This document shows positions 11,501 to 23,800 of a DNA stretch of 64,000 nucleotides, one piece after another; the stretch's first letter is position 1; every line of letters begins with the position of its first letter. Position numbers and translations under genes: made by a program. The notes under the pieces are model-generated. The model saw nothing but the letters and a program-made list of their open reading frames with translations. It had not been told where the DNA came from and ran no database searches. The DNA is from Mobula hypostoma (lineage: Eukaryota), in contig NC_086101.1 of assembly GCF_963921235.1 (NCBI RefSeq), forward strand, positions 141,422,001 through 141,486,000, read 5' to 3'.

Positions 11501-14382
11501 TACCTTATTTAAGTTTCCCTTCAGCTTCCTCTCTTGTCAAAATAACAGGGCAAGACCATCTAATCTTCCCTTATATCTAGAATTTTCCAGTCTGAAGCAA
11601 CATCCTCATAAATCTTCTCTGCTCTTTTCCCAATGGAAACAGTGCCACCAGGATCTTACGCAGTGCTTAAATACTGGTCTAATTGTATACAATTCTAGCA
11701 TTGTCTCCCTGCACTTAGATGCTATGCCTCAGTTAATAAAGGAAAGCATCCCATAAATCGTAGTTGCTTTGCTGTCCCTAAGGTCCTGAGGACAAACACT
11801 TCCCTGCGGACTCCCTCTGTTCTTTCCACACCTCTTGATAGCCTTCTGCTAATTTTGTATTTTCTTTACTAGTTGCCCCTCCCAAAAATACATTATTGTA
11901 CTTTTGTTAAACACTCTCCCACTCAGTCAAGCAGACCCTCAATATCCAACTGCAGTTTAAACTTCTTCTCCACTTTTACCACCTCCTTGAAAAAAAATTC
12001 TATCATTAGCTAAACACAGCCAATCCTTTTCAGGCAACTCAAAAACACATGAAGAGATCAAAAGCCTCTGTAGTTTCTTCCTTCTCACCTCACCTCTTCC
12101 TCTTTCTCTCTATCTCCCACTCTCCTCCAGCCCTACTGCTTTCTGATGCCAGGAACCTGAATGGAATTGACTACACTCATAGTTCTGCAATCATTTACTG
12201 TTCGAGGCAAAACACAAATTCTCCACCCCCTGCTCCAATCTAATTGGTACAAGATCACCTTATTCTGGTCACTGGTTACCTTTATAGCTTATTCTGTTGT
12301 GCACCTTACTACATCCAGTAAAGCTTTGATCATCTGTCACCCCTTATTGCCCCACCCCTAAGGACTTTACCAATGTTAGATTGGTAGACTTCAATGACCA
12401 TTAGCCATCATTCCAATTAATGCCCCAACATAATTGTTACTATGCTATTTTATATTAAGGTGCATTTTCCAGTTTCAGGAGAGTGTGGAAAAGTGCCCTG
12501 ATGCATTTCAAGGGGGTGCAGAGCTTCAATGTGTTAAAGGGAGGATGAGAACTGGGACCTTGGTGTGTTAAAGAGAGCAAGGGACTCTTTCCTTGGTGTG
12601 TTGGAGCGATTATTGCTGAACCATCAATACTTCTGAACAATCAGACTTGACTGTACAAATAATGTCACATTTTCCGAAGGAATTATCATTCCTTTGCACT
12701 TGACATGGCCCAAGTTACAACAGTAACATTTATTTGTGTGGTGACTACAATATGGGAATTAGTCCCATAGTTCTGATCAAATATGATGCTAAGCAACTCG
12801 AAAAGATACTAGGGTAGATAACAAAGAGTTTGGTTACAGAGGTAGGTTTTAAAGAATATCTTGGAGGAAGAAAGAGAAATATTAACAGATTTAGAGAGAT
12901 AATCTCAATGAAAGAGCAGTGCAAGTTAGGAATGATCAAGAAATTGATTTGCTCAACCTACAAAAACTACTTTTTCTCCCTGTCCTTCCAATTTGCTGTA
13001 GGCACAAGGCGTAGATGAAATCTGTTATACCAGTTAGGTTGTTGACTAAAATTGTATTTACTTACATGGATAAGATACCCTGCCTTATCATTCATCTTGA
13101 CTTTATAAAACAATGTCAATGGAAACTAGTTATAAGCCAAAGTGATGAAAATATCTGATTATGACATCAAATAATAATCTACTAAAACACCATCAACTTA
13201 GCAACCATACAGTGTTTTAAATAGACAGAGTTCAACATCATGTCTTTGTATAGAAATTAAAGATTGTTTTTCTTATTAAATGGATTGCATTGATCAAGTA
13301 CAGAAAATCCATTTACAATCATTAGGCAAACTATAACATGTATGCGAAAGATTGGAGATTTATCCTTTGGGAATGAAGCTGTGCTGGAATGTGGAACAGT
13401 CTGCCCCCAAATTCAGTTGAATTTATCAAGACTAACAAGATATTAAAATATCTTTGTAATCAAGGGAACGTGCATGATTTTCCTGCTTGCTGACCTACAC
13501 TGGGACCCACTTAAATAAAACCTCAGTTTAAAAATTTTAATCCTAGTTTTAACGTGCTTCCATGGTTGCAGTCCTCTGTGTCGGTCGCATCTAATGGCCC
13601 TACCACCATTTAAGATATTGAAGCCGCTGACTTCATGATCATCCACGAATTTAGTTGCTTCACTATTAGGCTGACTCTTCAGGTGCAAGAGCTCTAAGTT
13701 CTGGAATTCCCTCCCCAAATCCCTGTCTCTCCTAAAGATACTCACTGAAGTTGATCACTTTCAGCAAGTGTTGTGTTACCGCCCTTAGATCACCAATTTA
13801 TATAGATGTACCACAGAAAGCAAACTATCCAGAAACATGGCTTGCTGTGGCAGCTGCTCTGCCCAAGACTCCAGGAAATTGCAGAGAGTTATAGACATGA
13901 CTCAGCACATCAGGAAATCCAGCCTTCCCTCCATGGATTCTGAGTACACTTCTCACTGCCTTTGAAAAACAGCCAACACGATGACCTCTCCCAAACTGCT
14001 CCTCGCTGCTCATGGCAGCCGTAGATACAAAAGCCAGAAAGCACATCCCACCAGGCTGAAGAACATAGGCTATCCCAGCACTATTGAATACTTCTCCAGT
14101 ATGATAAGAGAGGTTCTTGACCTCACAATCTACCTTGAAAAAGCTTTGCAACATATTGTCCCCCTGCACTCCAACTTCTCTGTAACTATAACACTATGTT
14201 CAGATTCTTCCCTTTTTTTTTCCCCTTGTACTCCTTCAAAGTACTTGTTTCAAAAATTATCTATGTGGGTGGCATGCAAAACGAAGTTTTTCACTTCGTG
14301 TTACATGTAACTGTGTTAAATCTATGTCTAATAATGTAACTGTGAAGCAGCTTGGGACCTTTAACGTACAAGGAATTAAGTA

Positions 14383-14665
14383 CAGTCTGTCCTCAGGTAA
14401 TCAATGGGTTCCATTTTCACAGACATCCCATATTCAATTTTATCCATAAGTTGAAAAATGTACAAAAATCATTTAGTATAGTAACCAGCGCTGTAATGAA
14501 TGGCATTTAAAACACTTACTAAAAGTGAGGAGAAAGATAAGAAACTAGTTCTGCCATTTGCAAAAGTGAACACATTATCAGTCTTTTGAATTTGGTAACA
14601 TTATGGGAGCCTGTTCATATGTGGATTGTCCATAAGTTCTGTATTTATAACCCAGGGATTACCTG
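14383..14665. mobile_element. Tigger/pogo-like MITE (degenerate)
   Basis: TA|CAGTCTGTCCTCAGGTAA start and TAACCCAGGGATTACCTG end. Related to 10051-10325. Confidence 0.5.
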
Positions 14666-14718
14666 TTGCTTAGAGGCAAAGTGAGTGTTTAGAGTGTGGG
14701 ACTGAGGTCACACAGCAG

Positions 14719-15051
14719 CAATGTTCTCTCCTCTTAATTTGTAATGACCAGTGTGCGCAAAAATCTTGTGCCGTGCAATTTTTTGCCCAATGACGTGTGC
14801 ACTGAATAATTTCTTCATTAAAAACAGTATAAATAAGCCAGTTCTAAAATCTGCAGACAAATCATCACAAACTCCACATTGTTAACACCATCCACATCAG
14901 AAACCGGGAAAGGAAATGTGATTGTGTACAATCATGAAATATACTTAACATGCCAATGAGGTAGAGTGTGACAACCTTTTAAGCAGACTTTAAATTATTT
15001 TCTGCGCTAGTAGCAAAAGATGCGTGCGCACACACCTTAGAGGGGGCACTG
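14719..15051. mobile_element. hAT-superfamily MITE
   Basis: Ends CAATGTTCTCTCCTCTTA / TTAGAGGGGGCACTG. 8-bp TSD CACAGCAG (14711-14718) / CTCAGCAG (15052-15059). Confidence 0.75.
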
Positions 15052-15609
15052 CTCAGCAGCTGATTGAATGGAAAAGCAGACTAGAAAGGCGATTAGCTTC
15101 ATTGGGATCTTTTGTCTTGAAAGAACAATTAATTCCGAACCTACTCTTAAAATCAAAGCCTACACCAGAGATTCACAATTGTTAGACCGTAATCAATTCA
15201 TTTGAAAGGTCACTGCATGTCCACAAAACTGTTTCTTGTTCAACCAACCTTCTGATTATTAAAGTACTGCATCCTATATATCTGGGGATTTTATTGCACA
15301 CAAAATAACATTCAATTCATATCACAAAAACATAGTTTTTCCAATGATAACATCAATAGTTTGTGTGCTTGCCTGGAATGCAATGGCATTATATCTTTCT
15401 TATCAGCAGTAGTTCCTACCACAACAACCTGTAATATTGCTTTACACATGCACAGTTTGTTCCAACAAGTTTAACGACTTCTCTGGCTGGTATTTTACAG
15501 GAAATCGCAATTATTTTGGGGGTACAAGAACATTCATTGTACGTGGATATACAGAATGCAATATTAACATTACCCCTGAATTCCTGAAGTTAGTGAACAC
15601 TTTTTAACA

Positions 15610-15900
15610 GCAGCACGCACAAAATGCTGGAGGAACTCAGCAGGTCAGGCAGCATCTATGGAAATGAATTAAACAGTCACCATTTTGGGCCGAGATCCTT
15701 CTTCGGGACTGAGAAGATGTCAGAACAAAAAAGTGGGGGAGGAGAAGGAGGCCAGCTGGAAGGTGAAAGGGGGGGAAAGGTCAAGGGCTGGAGAGGAAGG
15801 AATCTGACAGGGGAGGAGAGTGGACCATTGATGAAAGAGAAGGAGGAGGGACCCACGGGCAAGTAATAGGTAGGTAAGAAGAGGTAAAATGTTGGGGGGG
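15610..15900 (-). mobile_element. Penelope-like element terminal fragment with degenerate hammerhead motif
   Basis: AAATGCTGGAGGAACTCAGCAGGTCAGGCAGCATCTATGG end motif. Minus strand reads CAGTC-CCGAAGA-AGGATCTCGGCCC-AAAATGGT-GACTG. Homologous to 41700-41965. Confidence 0.7.
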
Positions 15901-16099
15901 GGGTTTACGGTAAGGAGAATTATGTGTCTTTACAGATGTGGTAAGTACTCCATATACAATACTAGGTTGCAATGTTTATTAATAACAACCTGGCAATTGA
16001 TCTCATCTCCTCATCAGGTTTACCTTCCAGTCAAAATCATAAGCGTTAGGAACATAAGTGAGGAATCTAGAGCATGGATTAGTACTTGGAGCAAGGGGA

Positions 16100-18812
16100 T
16101 GTTGCGTACAAAGGGTGGACTGTCACAAGGGTAGAAGTGGCTGCTGGATCTTCTGGACTTTAGATGTTTCAAAAGAGACAGGTGAAAGAGGTGGGGGAAT
16201 GGCATTGCTAATCAGGAATGGTATCACAACTGCAGAGAGGGTGGACATTGTGGAGGGATGTTCCACTGAGTCTGTGTGTGGAAGTCAAAGGCAGAAAGGC
16301 AGCAGTCACTCTATTGGGAATATAATACAGATCCCCTCCCTGCCCCCCCCCCCCCCGCCACACACACACACACACTTACACACCTCATCAGCAAAAGAAA
16401 CATTGAGGAACAGATCAGGAGGCAAGATGTTTGAAAGGTGCAAGTATAACAGGGTTATTGTTATGGGTAAAGTTAAAACTTCCCTAATATTGACTGACAC
16501 CTCCCAACTGCAAAAGGTTTAGATGGGGGTGAGTTTGTTAGGTGTGTCCAGGACAGATTCCTGAGGCAATATGGACAAGCCAACTAGAGGAGAGGCCATG
16601 CTGGATTGAGATGTCAAGTGACATCTTTCAGGGGACAAGCATTTTGGAGACAGTGACCACATCTTCCTGACCTTTAGCCTAGTCTTGGATAGGAGCAGAC
16701 AGTGTGGGAAAGTATTTAATTGGGGGAGGGCTAATTATGATGCTATTAGACAGGAACCTGGAAGCATAAATTGTACAGTTCTCAGGGAAATGTACAATGG
16801 AAATGGGAGGTTGTTTTGGGGACCACTTGCATGGTGCTCTGGGTAGGTTTGCCCCATTGAGGCAGGGAAGGAATTGTAGGGTGAAGGAACAATTGTTGAC
16901 AAGAGAGGTACAGGTTTAGGAAGCAAAGATCAGACATGACTCTTAAATGTTGTAAGGTAGCCAGGAAGGTGCTTAAGGAGGAGCTTAGGAGAGTTAGAAG
17001 GGGCATGAGAAAGCTTGGCATGTACGATTATGGGAAACCCCAAGGCATTTTCCACATACATGAAGAACAGGAGGATGACTAGAGTGAGGGCAAGACTAAT
17101 CAGGAATCAGGAATAAAAGTAAAAACATGTACCTGGAGTCAGAGGAGGTAGAGGTGGGGAGGTCCTTTAATTAATACTTTGCTTCAGTACTCACCAGAGG
17201 GACCTTGACGAATGTGAGGTCAGTGTTGAACAGGCTAGTGTGCTGGAACATTTTGAGGTTACAGAAGCAGTGTTGGAACTTTTGAAAAACATTAGGATAG
17301 ATAATTCCTGGGGGCTGACTGGATATATCCCAGGTTACCATGGGAAGCAAGGGAAGAGATTACTTCATGGTTGGCAATGATCTTTGTGTCATCACTGGCA
17401 GGAGAGCAAATGTTGTTCAAGAAAGGTAATGGAAATAATCTTGGGAATTATGGACCCGTGATTCTTACATTAGTGAAAGACAAACTATTGGAGAGGATTC
17501 TTAGAGACAGGATTTACGAATATATGGAGAAACAGAGTCTGCTTGAGATAGTCAGCCCTGCTTTGAGAGGGGCAGGTTGTGTCTCTTGAGTCTGATTGAA
17601 TTCTTCAAGTGACCAAACAAATTGACTGGGGCATTTGGTGTACATGGATTTTAGCAAGGTTCATTGAGAAAGTCGGGAGGCATGGGATCCAAGGAAACTT
17701 GGCAGTAAGGATTTAGAAATGGTTTGCCAACAGAAGACAGAGGGTACTAGCTGATGAGTATATTCTGCCTGGAGGTCCAAGACCAGTGGTGCTCTGCAGG
17801 AATCTGTTCTGCAACCCTTGTTCTTTGTGATTTTTATAAATGGCTCAGATGAGAATGTGGAAGGTTGACGTGATAGGGTTGTTAAGAAGGCATATGGAGT
17901 ATTGGCCTTTGTGCATTGGGATACTGAGTTCAAGAGCCACTACGTAAAGACACGAAGGTTGATGATACTGTGCATAGTGTAAAAGTGGCACAGTGGCTTA
18001 GTGGTTAGCACAATGTTTTACAGTACAGGCAACCCAGGTTCAATTCCCACTGCTGCCTGTAAGGAGCTTGTATGGTCTCTCCATGACCTCTGGGTGCTCC
18101 AGTTTCCTCCCACAGTCTAAAGACCTACCGGTGGGTAGGCTAATTGGTCATTGTAAATTGTTCCATGATTAGGCTGGGATTAAATCGGGATTACTGGGTG
18201 GTGCAGCTCAAAGGGCTACTCTTTGTGCTGTATCTCAATAAAGTTGGGTGTAGAAGTGGCAAATGGAGTTCAATCCAGAAAAGTGTGAAGTAATACTCTT
18301 TGGAAGGTTGAACTTGCTGCGCAAGTTGATAGGGTGGTTAAGATTGGCCTTTGTGCATTGGGGTATTGAGTTCAAGAGCCATTGGATAATGTTACAGATC
18401 TATAAAACTCTGGTTAGACCACACTTGGAGTATTGTGTTCTGTTCTGGTCATCTCATTATAGGAAGTATGTGGAAACTTTAGAGAATGTGCTGAGGAGAT
18501 TTACCATCCGGATTAGAGAATACGTCATATGAGAAAAGGTTGAGCAAACTAAGACTTTTCACTTTGCAGTGAAGGATGACAGGAAATTTAATGAAGGTGT
18601 AAAAGATGATAAGAGACTTAAAGTGGACAGTCAGCACCATTCTCCCAGGGTGGCAATGGCTAACGAGAGATCATACCTTTAAGGCAATTGGAAGAAAGTA
18701 TAGTTTGAGGAGGATGATGTCAGAGGTAGGTTTTGTTACACAGAGAGTGGTAAATGCATAGAACTATTTGGAAAGAAAGGGTTAGATTTATCTTGGAGTA
18801 GGTAAAAAGGTC
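16100..18812 (+). mobile_element. Old degenerate CR1 LINE ORF2 (endonuclease through RT); 3' tail resumes at about 21655-21705
   Basis: Frameshifted motifs RGGGMALLIR, NYGPVILT, FNPEKCEVI and LVRPHLEYCVLFWS. Confidence 0.85.
17985..18243 (+). mobile_element. V/HE1-type SINE nested in CR1
   Basis: GTGGCACAGTGGCTTAGTGGTTAGC...GGTTCAATTCC head plus V core. Confidence 0.8.
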
Positions 18813-21654
18813 CATAAGATCATAAGACATAAAAGCAGAATTAGGCCATTCAGCCCATCGAGTCTGTTCCACCAGTCATGGCTGATCCCGGATCCCACTC
18901 AACCCCATACACCTGCCTTCTCACTATAACCTTCCTAAAAAAATCCTCCTTAACTCTGTTCTAAAGAGTCACTCCTCGATTTTGAGGCAGTGCCCTCCAG
19001 TTCTGGATTCCTCCACCATAGAAAACATCCACCTCATCTAGTCCTTTCAACATTTGATAGGTTTCAATGAGATCCTCCTGCATTCTTCTAAATTCCAGTG
19101 AGTACAGCCCAAAGCTGCCAAATGCTCTTCATATGTTAACCCCTTCATTCCCGGAATCATCCTCCTGAACTTCATCTGGACTCTCTCCAATGACAACACA
19201 TCCTTTATGAGATATGGGGCCCAAAACTGTTGACAATACTCCATGTGTGGCCTGACTAGTGTCTTATAAAGCCTCAGCATTATCTCCTGGGTTTTTAGCA
19301 TTTATTCCCCTTGAAATGAATGCCAACATTGCATTTGCCTTCTTTACCACAGACAACTTGTACATTAACCTTCTGAGAGTCTTGCACAAGGACTCCTAAG
19401 TGCCTTTGCACCTTTGATGTTTCGATTCTCTCCCCATTTATATAATAGACTGCACTTTTGTTCCTTTTAACAAAATGCATTATCATACATTTTCCAACAC
19501 TGTATTCCATCTGCCACTTTTTTTTTGCCTACTCTTCCAATTTGTCTAGATCCTTCTGCAATCGCATTGCCTCCTCGGCACTACCTACCCCTCCACCTAT
19601 CTTCATATCATCTGCAAACTTTGCCACAAAGCCATCAATTCAAGTATCTATCGAACAATGTGAAAAGTAGTGGTCCCAGTCCTGACCCCTGAGGAACACC
19701 ACTAGTCACTGGCAGCCCACTTTATTCCCACTCACTGCCTCCTGCCTGTCAGCCATTCCTCTATCCATGCCAGTATTTTCCTGTAACACCATGGAATTTT
19801 ATCTTGTTAAGTAGCCTCATGTGTGGCACTTTATCAAATGCCTTCTGAAAATCGAAGTAAATGATATTCACTGCCTCTCCTTTGTCCACCCTGCTTGCTA
19901 CTTCTTTAAAGAACTCTAACAGATTTGTCAGGCAAGATTTCCATTTACAGAAACCATGCTGAATTTGACTTGTTTTATCATTAGTCTCCAAGTACCCTGA
20001 ATCCTTGTCCTTAGTGATGGACTCCAACACTTACCACTGAGGTTAGGCTAACTGGCCTATAATTTCCTTTTTTTGTTTTCCTCCCTTCTTAAAGAGTGGA
20101 GTGACATTGGCAATTTTCCAGTCCTCTGGAACCATGCCAATATCAAGTGATTCTTGAAAGATCATAACCAATGCGTTTGCCAGCTCTTCAGTAACCTCCT
20201 TCAGAACTTTGGGATGTAGTCCATTTTGTTCAGGTGACTTGTCCACCTTAAGACCTTTCAGTTTGCCTAGCACTTTTTTCCTTTGTAATAGCAATGGCAC
20301 TCACTCCTGCTCCCTGACACTCACAGACCTCTGGCACACTGCTCATGTCTTCTACAGTGAAGACTAATGCAAAGTACCCATTAAGTTCATCTGCCATTTC
20401 TTTGTCCCCATATTACCTCACCAGCACCATTTTCCAGTGGTCCAATATCAACTCTCAGCTCCCTTTTACTCTTTATATAACTGAAAAACTCCTAGTATCC
20501 TGCTTTATGTTACTGGCCATCTTGCCCTCATATTTCATCTTTTCCCTTCTTATGACTTTTTTTTAGTTGGAACTTAAAAACTTCCCAATCATTCAACTTC
20601 CCACTCAATTTTGCTACATTCAATGCCCTTTCCTTGGCTTTTATGCCATCCTCAATTTCCCTCGTCAGCCACAGTTGCCTACTCCTACCATTTGAGAACA
20701 ACTTCTTTCGTGAGACATATCTATCCTGCGCCTTGTGAACTATTGCCAGAAACTTCAGCCATTGCTGCTCTGCTGACATCCCCACCAGAATCCCTCTCAA
20801 ATCCACCTGGGCAAGATCCTCTCTCATACCTCTGTAATTCCCTTTATTGCACTGCGATACTGATACATGTGACTTACACTTCTGCCTCACAAATTGCAGT
20901 ATGAATTTAATCACTTTATGATCACTGCCTCCCAGGGGTTCCTTTATCTTAAGCTCCCTAATGAAATCTGGATTACTACACAACACCCAATCTAAGATAG
21001 CCTTTCCCCGAGTAGGCTCAAGCACAAGCTGAATCTTGTAGGCATTCAACAAATTCCCTCTCTTGTGATCTGACACCAATCTGATTTTCCCAATCCCCCT
21101 GCATACTGAAGTCCCCCATTACAATTGTGACATTCCCCTTATTACATGCCCCTTCCAGCTCCCTCTGCGATCTCAACCCCACATCTTGGATACTATTTGG
21201 AGCCTAAAAATGATTCCCTTAATGGTTTTTTTTACCCTTGCAACTTCTTAACTCCACCCACAACAATTCAACATTCTCTGACTCTATGTCACCTCTTTCT
21301 AAAGACATAATTCCATCTCTTACCAACAGAGCCACACCAGTGCCTGTGCCTTCCTGCCAGTCCTTTTAATACTAGCAACACTTACAGTACGCTGGATGAA
21401 CTCAGCAGGTCGGGCAGCATCAGTGGAAACGACGAGTCGACATTTCGGGCTGGAACCCTTCGTCCAGAAACGTCGACTCATTGTTTCCACTGATGCTGCC
21501 CGACCTGCTGAGTTCATCCAGCATACTGTAAGTGTTGCTTTGATCACAACATCTGCAGATTATTTTATGTTTACCTTTTAATACTAAGTATATCCTTTGA
21601 TATTAAGCTCCCAACTATGTCCTTCTTTCAGCCATGTCTCAGTGATGCCCACTG
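18813..21654 (-). mobile_element. Degenerate CR1 LINE (about 2.8 kb) inserted in the tail of the + strand CR1
   Basis: ORF fragments with EPLGGSDH, PEDWKIANVTPLFKKG, DFQKAFDKVPH and LVRPHMEYC. CATAAGA-type tail at 18813. Flanking AGGTC at 18808-18812 and 21655-21659. Confidence 0.88.
21375..21573. mobile_element. Palindromic Penelope-derived insertion with hammerhead remnant and 13-bp TSD
   Basis: 73-bp inverted arms at 21374-21446 and 21467-21539 (4 mismatches). TSD CCTTTTAATACTA at 21362-21374 and 21574-21586. Confidence 0.88.
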
Positions 21655-21985
21655 AGGTCAGCACAACATCATGGGCCAAAGTGCTTGTACTTCCTTATGT
21701 TCGAACAAACGAACCTACAGATGCCTGAAATCTAATATGAAAGCAGGAAATGCTGGAAATACTCGGTAGGTCAGGCCACATTGAGGGAAGAGAAACAGGG
21801 TTAATGCTTCAGGTCTAAGAATCTTTGTCAGAACCGGGAAGGAGACAAACAGCTTGTTAAATTGCAAAAATTGCTGGAAGGAGATGTCTCTGATGGAGTA
21901 AAACTAGGTGACCATGGGGATAAACTGTAAACAAGGTTATCCTGTAAATGAACTAGAGAGTGAGAACATAAAACAGTGAAGTATA

Positions 21986-22736
21986 CAGTGGCATGCAAAA
22001 GTTTGGGCACCCCTGGTCAAAATTTCTGTTACTGTGAATAGCTAAGTGAGTAAAAGATGACCTGATTTCCAAAAGGCATAAAATTAAAGGTGACACATTT
22101 CTTTAATATTTTAAGCAAGATTACTTTTTTTTATTTCCATCTTTTACAGTTTCAAAATAACAAAAAAGGAAAAGGGCCTGAAGCAAAAGTTTGGGCACCC
22201 TGCATGGGCAGTACTTAGTAACACCCCATTTTTGGCAAGTATCATAGCTTGTAAATGCTTTCTGTAGCCAGCCAAGAGTCTTCCAATTCTTGTTTGGGGG
22301 ATTTTTGCCCAGTCTTCCTTGCAAAAGACTTCTAGTTCTGTGAGATTCTTGGGCCGTCTTGCATGGGCTGTTCTTTTGAGGTCTATCCACAGATTTTCGA
22401 TGATATTTAGGTCGGGGGACTGTGAGGACCATGGAAAAACCTTCAGCTTGTGCCTCTTGAGGTAGTCCATTGTGGATTTTGAGGTGTGTTTAGGATCATT
22501 ATCCTGTTGTAGAAGCCATCCTCTTTTCACCTTCGGCTTTTTTACAGACGGTGTGATGTTTGCTTCCAGAATTTGCTGGTATTTAATTGAATTCATTCTT
22601 CCCTCTACCAGTGAAATGTTCCCTGTGCCACTGGCTGCAACACAAGCCCAAAGCATGATCGATCCACCTCCACGCTTAACAATTGGAAAGGTGTACTTTT
22701 CATGAAATTCTGCACCGTTTTTTCTCCAAACATACC
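21986..22736 (-). mobile_element. Tc1-like (DD34E, IR/DR type) transposon, one end plus transposase C-terminal half
   Basis: TA|CAGTGGCATGCAAAAGTTTGGGCACCC terminus with inner repeat AAAAGTTTGGGCACCC at about 22185. ORF 22144-22656 has QQDNDPKH...SPDLNIIENLW, with 34 residues between the D and the E. Confidence 0.92.
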
Positions 22737-23684
22737 ACAGATGTTGTCTGATCCACTGAGTATCTGTAGTCTCTTTGTCTCATTCCCAGATTTAACAAAG
22801 TCTCAACCTGGACCATTAAGTCTAGTTTCTCTTCCCACAGACATAGCCTGGCCTGCTGAATGTTTCCACCATATTCTGTTTTTATTTTTCTTACCTTGTG
22901 ATCTTTATTTTACAATAAATTCCCCTTCAGTATTATACAGAGATGTTGATGGTTTACTCCTTTAGAGGAGGGCAGGAGCCCTAGGACACAGATTTAAGGC
23001 ATTTAGGGAGACATGGGAAATGAGATTTTTTTTTTGAAAACACACCAATTACAATGATCTGATCCACTTCCCCGGAGTGTCTATCATTAGAGAATTAAAA
23101 TGCATACTTAAAAACAAAGTAATTACAAGCCCTGGGGAAAGACTGAGGGGGACATAGAATGACCTTAACAGGGTTTTCTCAGTAGATATAATGGGCCAAA
23201 TGGCCTCTTCTAATGAAGTACCATGGATCAATTAGTGAAAGCAGAGGAAGATTTTTACTGGAATGAAATGCTAGTAACTTCAAACATTAAGTGTTGATGA
23301 AGTGTGACATTATTTTCATACAACTGAATACTTGTATCATGTTGTTCATAAATAAAACAAGGTGATTACTCCTACTTAGCTCCAGCAATTATCACTTTTC
23401 CAGTGATGATTATTGCATGGTTACACATGGAGAAGATGAGATATGTAGAAAAGGAGATTAATTAGCACCTGCTCCTTTAAGATGTCACCTCACAAACCAG
23501 GGCAGGCATCGCTTGAAAGACTCCCCTGCCATTTTTGACGCAAGGCTCTCAAGACCCACATGAGTTATTACTAAGTAGCATCATGCTACAAGAAATGTAA
23601 CCAATGAGTCATTACCAAATAGAATCATGCAAGATGAACGACTTCCTCTGCTCTCTCACATGCAATACAGAAGAACTTCCATTT

Positions 23685-23800
23685 TGGAGGTGTTTTCGTT
23701 CAGACAAGACATTAAACAAAGGCCCTGCCTCTTCTCACGAGTGCACATGAAAAGATCCCACAGCACTATTTTGCGAGAATGGGGAGATTCTTCCCAATAT
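23685..23800 (+). mobile_element. Deu-domain SINE remnant (SacSINE1/AmnSINE1-related)
   Basis: GGAGGTGTTTTCGTTCAGACAAGACATTAAACAAAGGCCCTGCC...AAAAGATCCCACAGCACTATTT resembles the recalled Deu-domain consensus. Confidence 0.65.

Noticed and set aside
15035-15051. CTCF-like motif CCTTAGAGGGGGCACTG
   Set aside because: It is the right TIR of a hAT MITE and only a partial match. No independent support.
21320-21581. Two ORFs on opposite strands with near-identical peptides
   Set aside because: A consequence of the DNA palindrome, not a gene pair.
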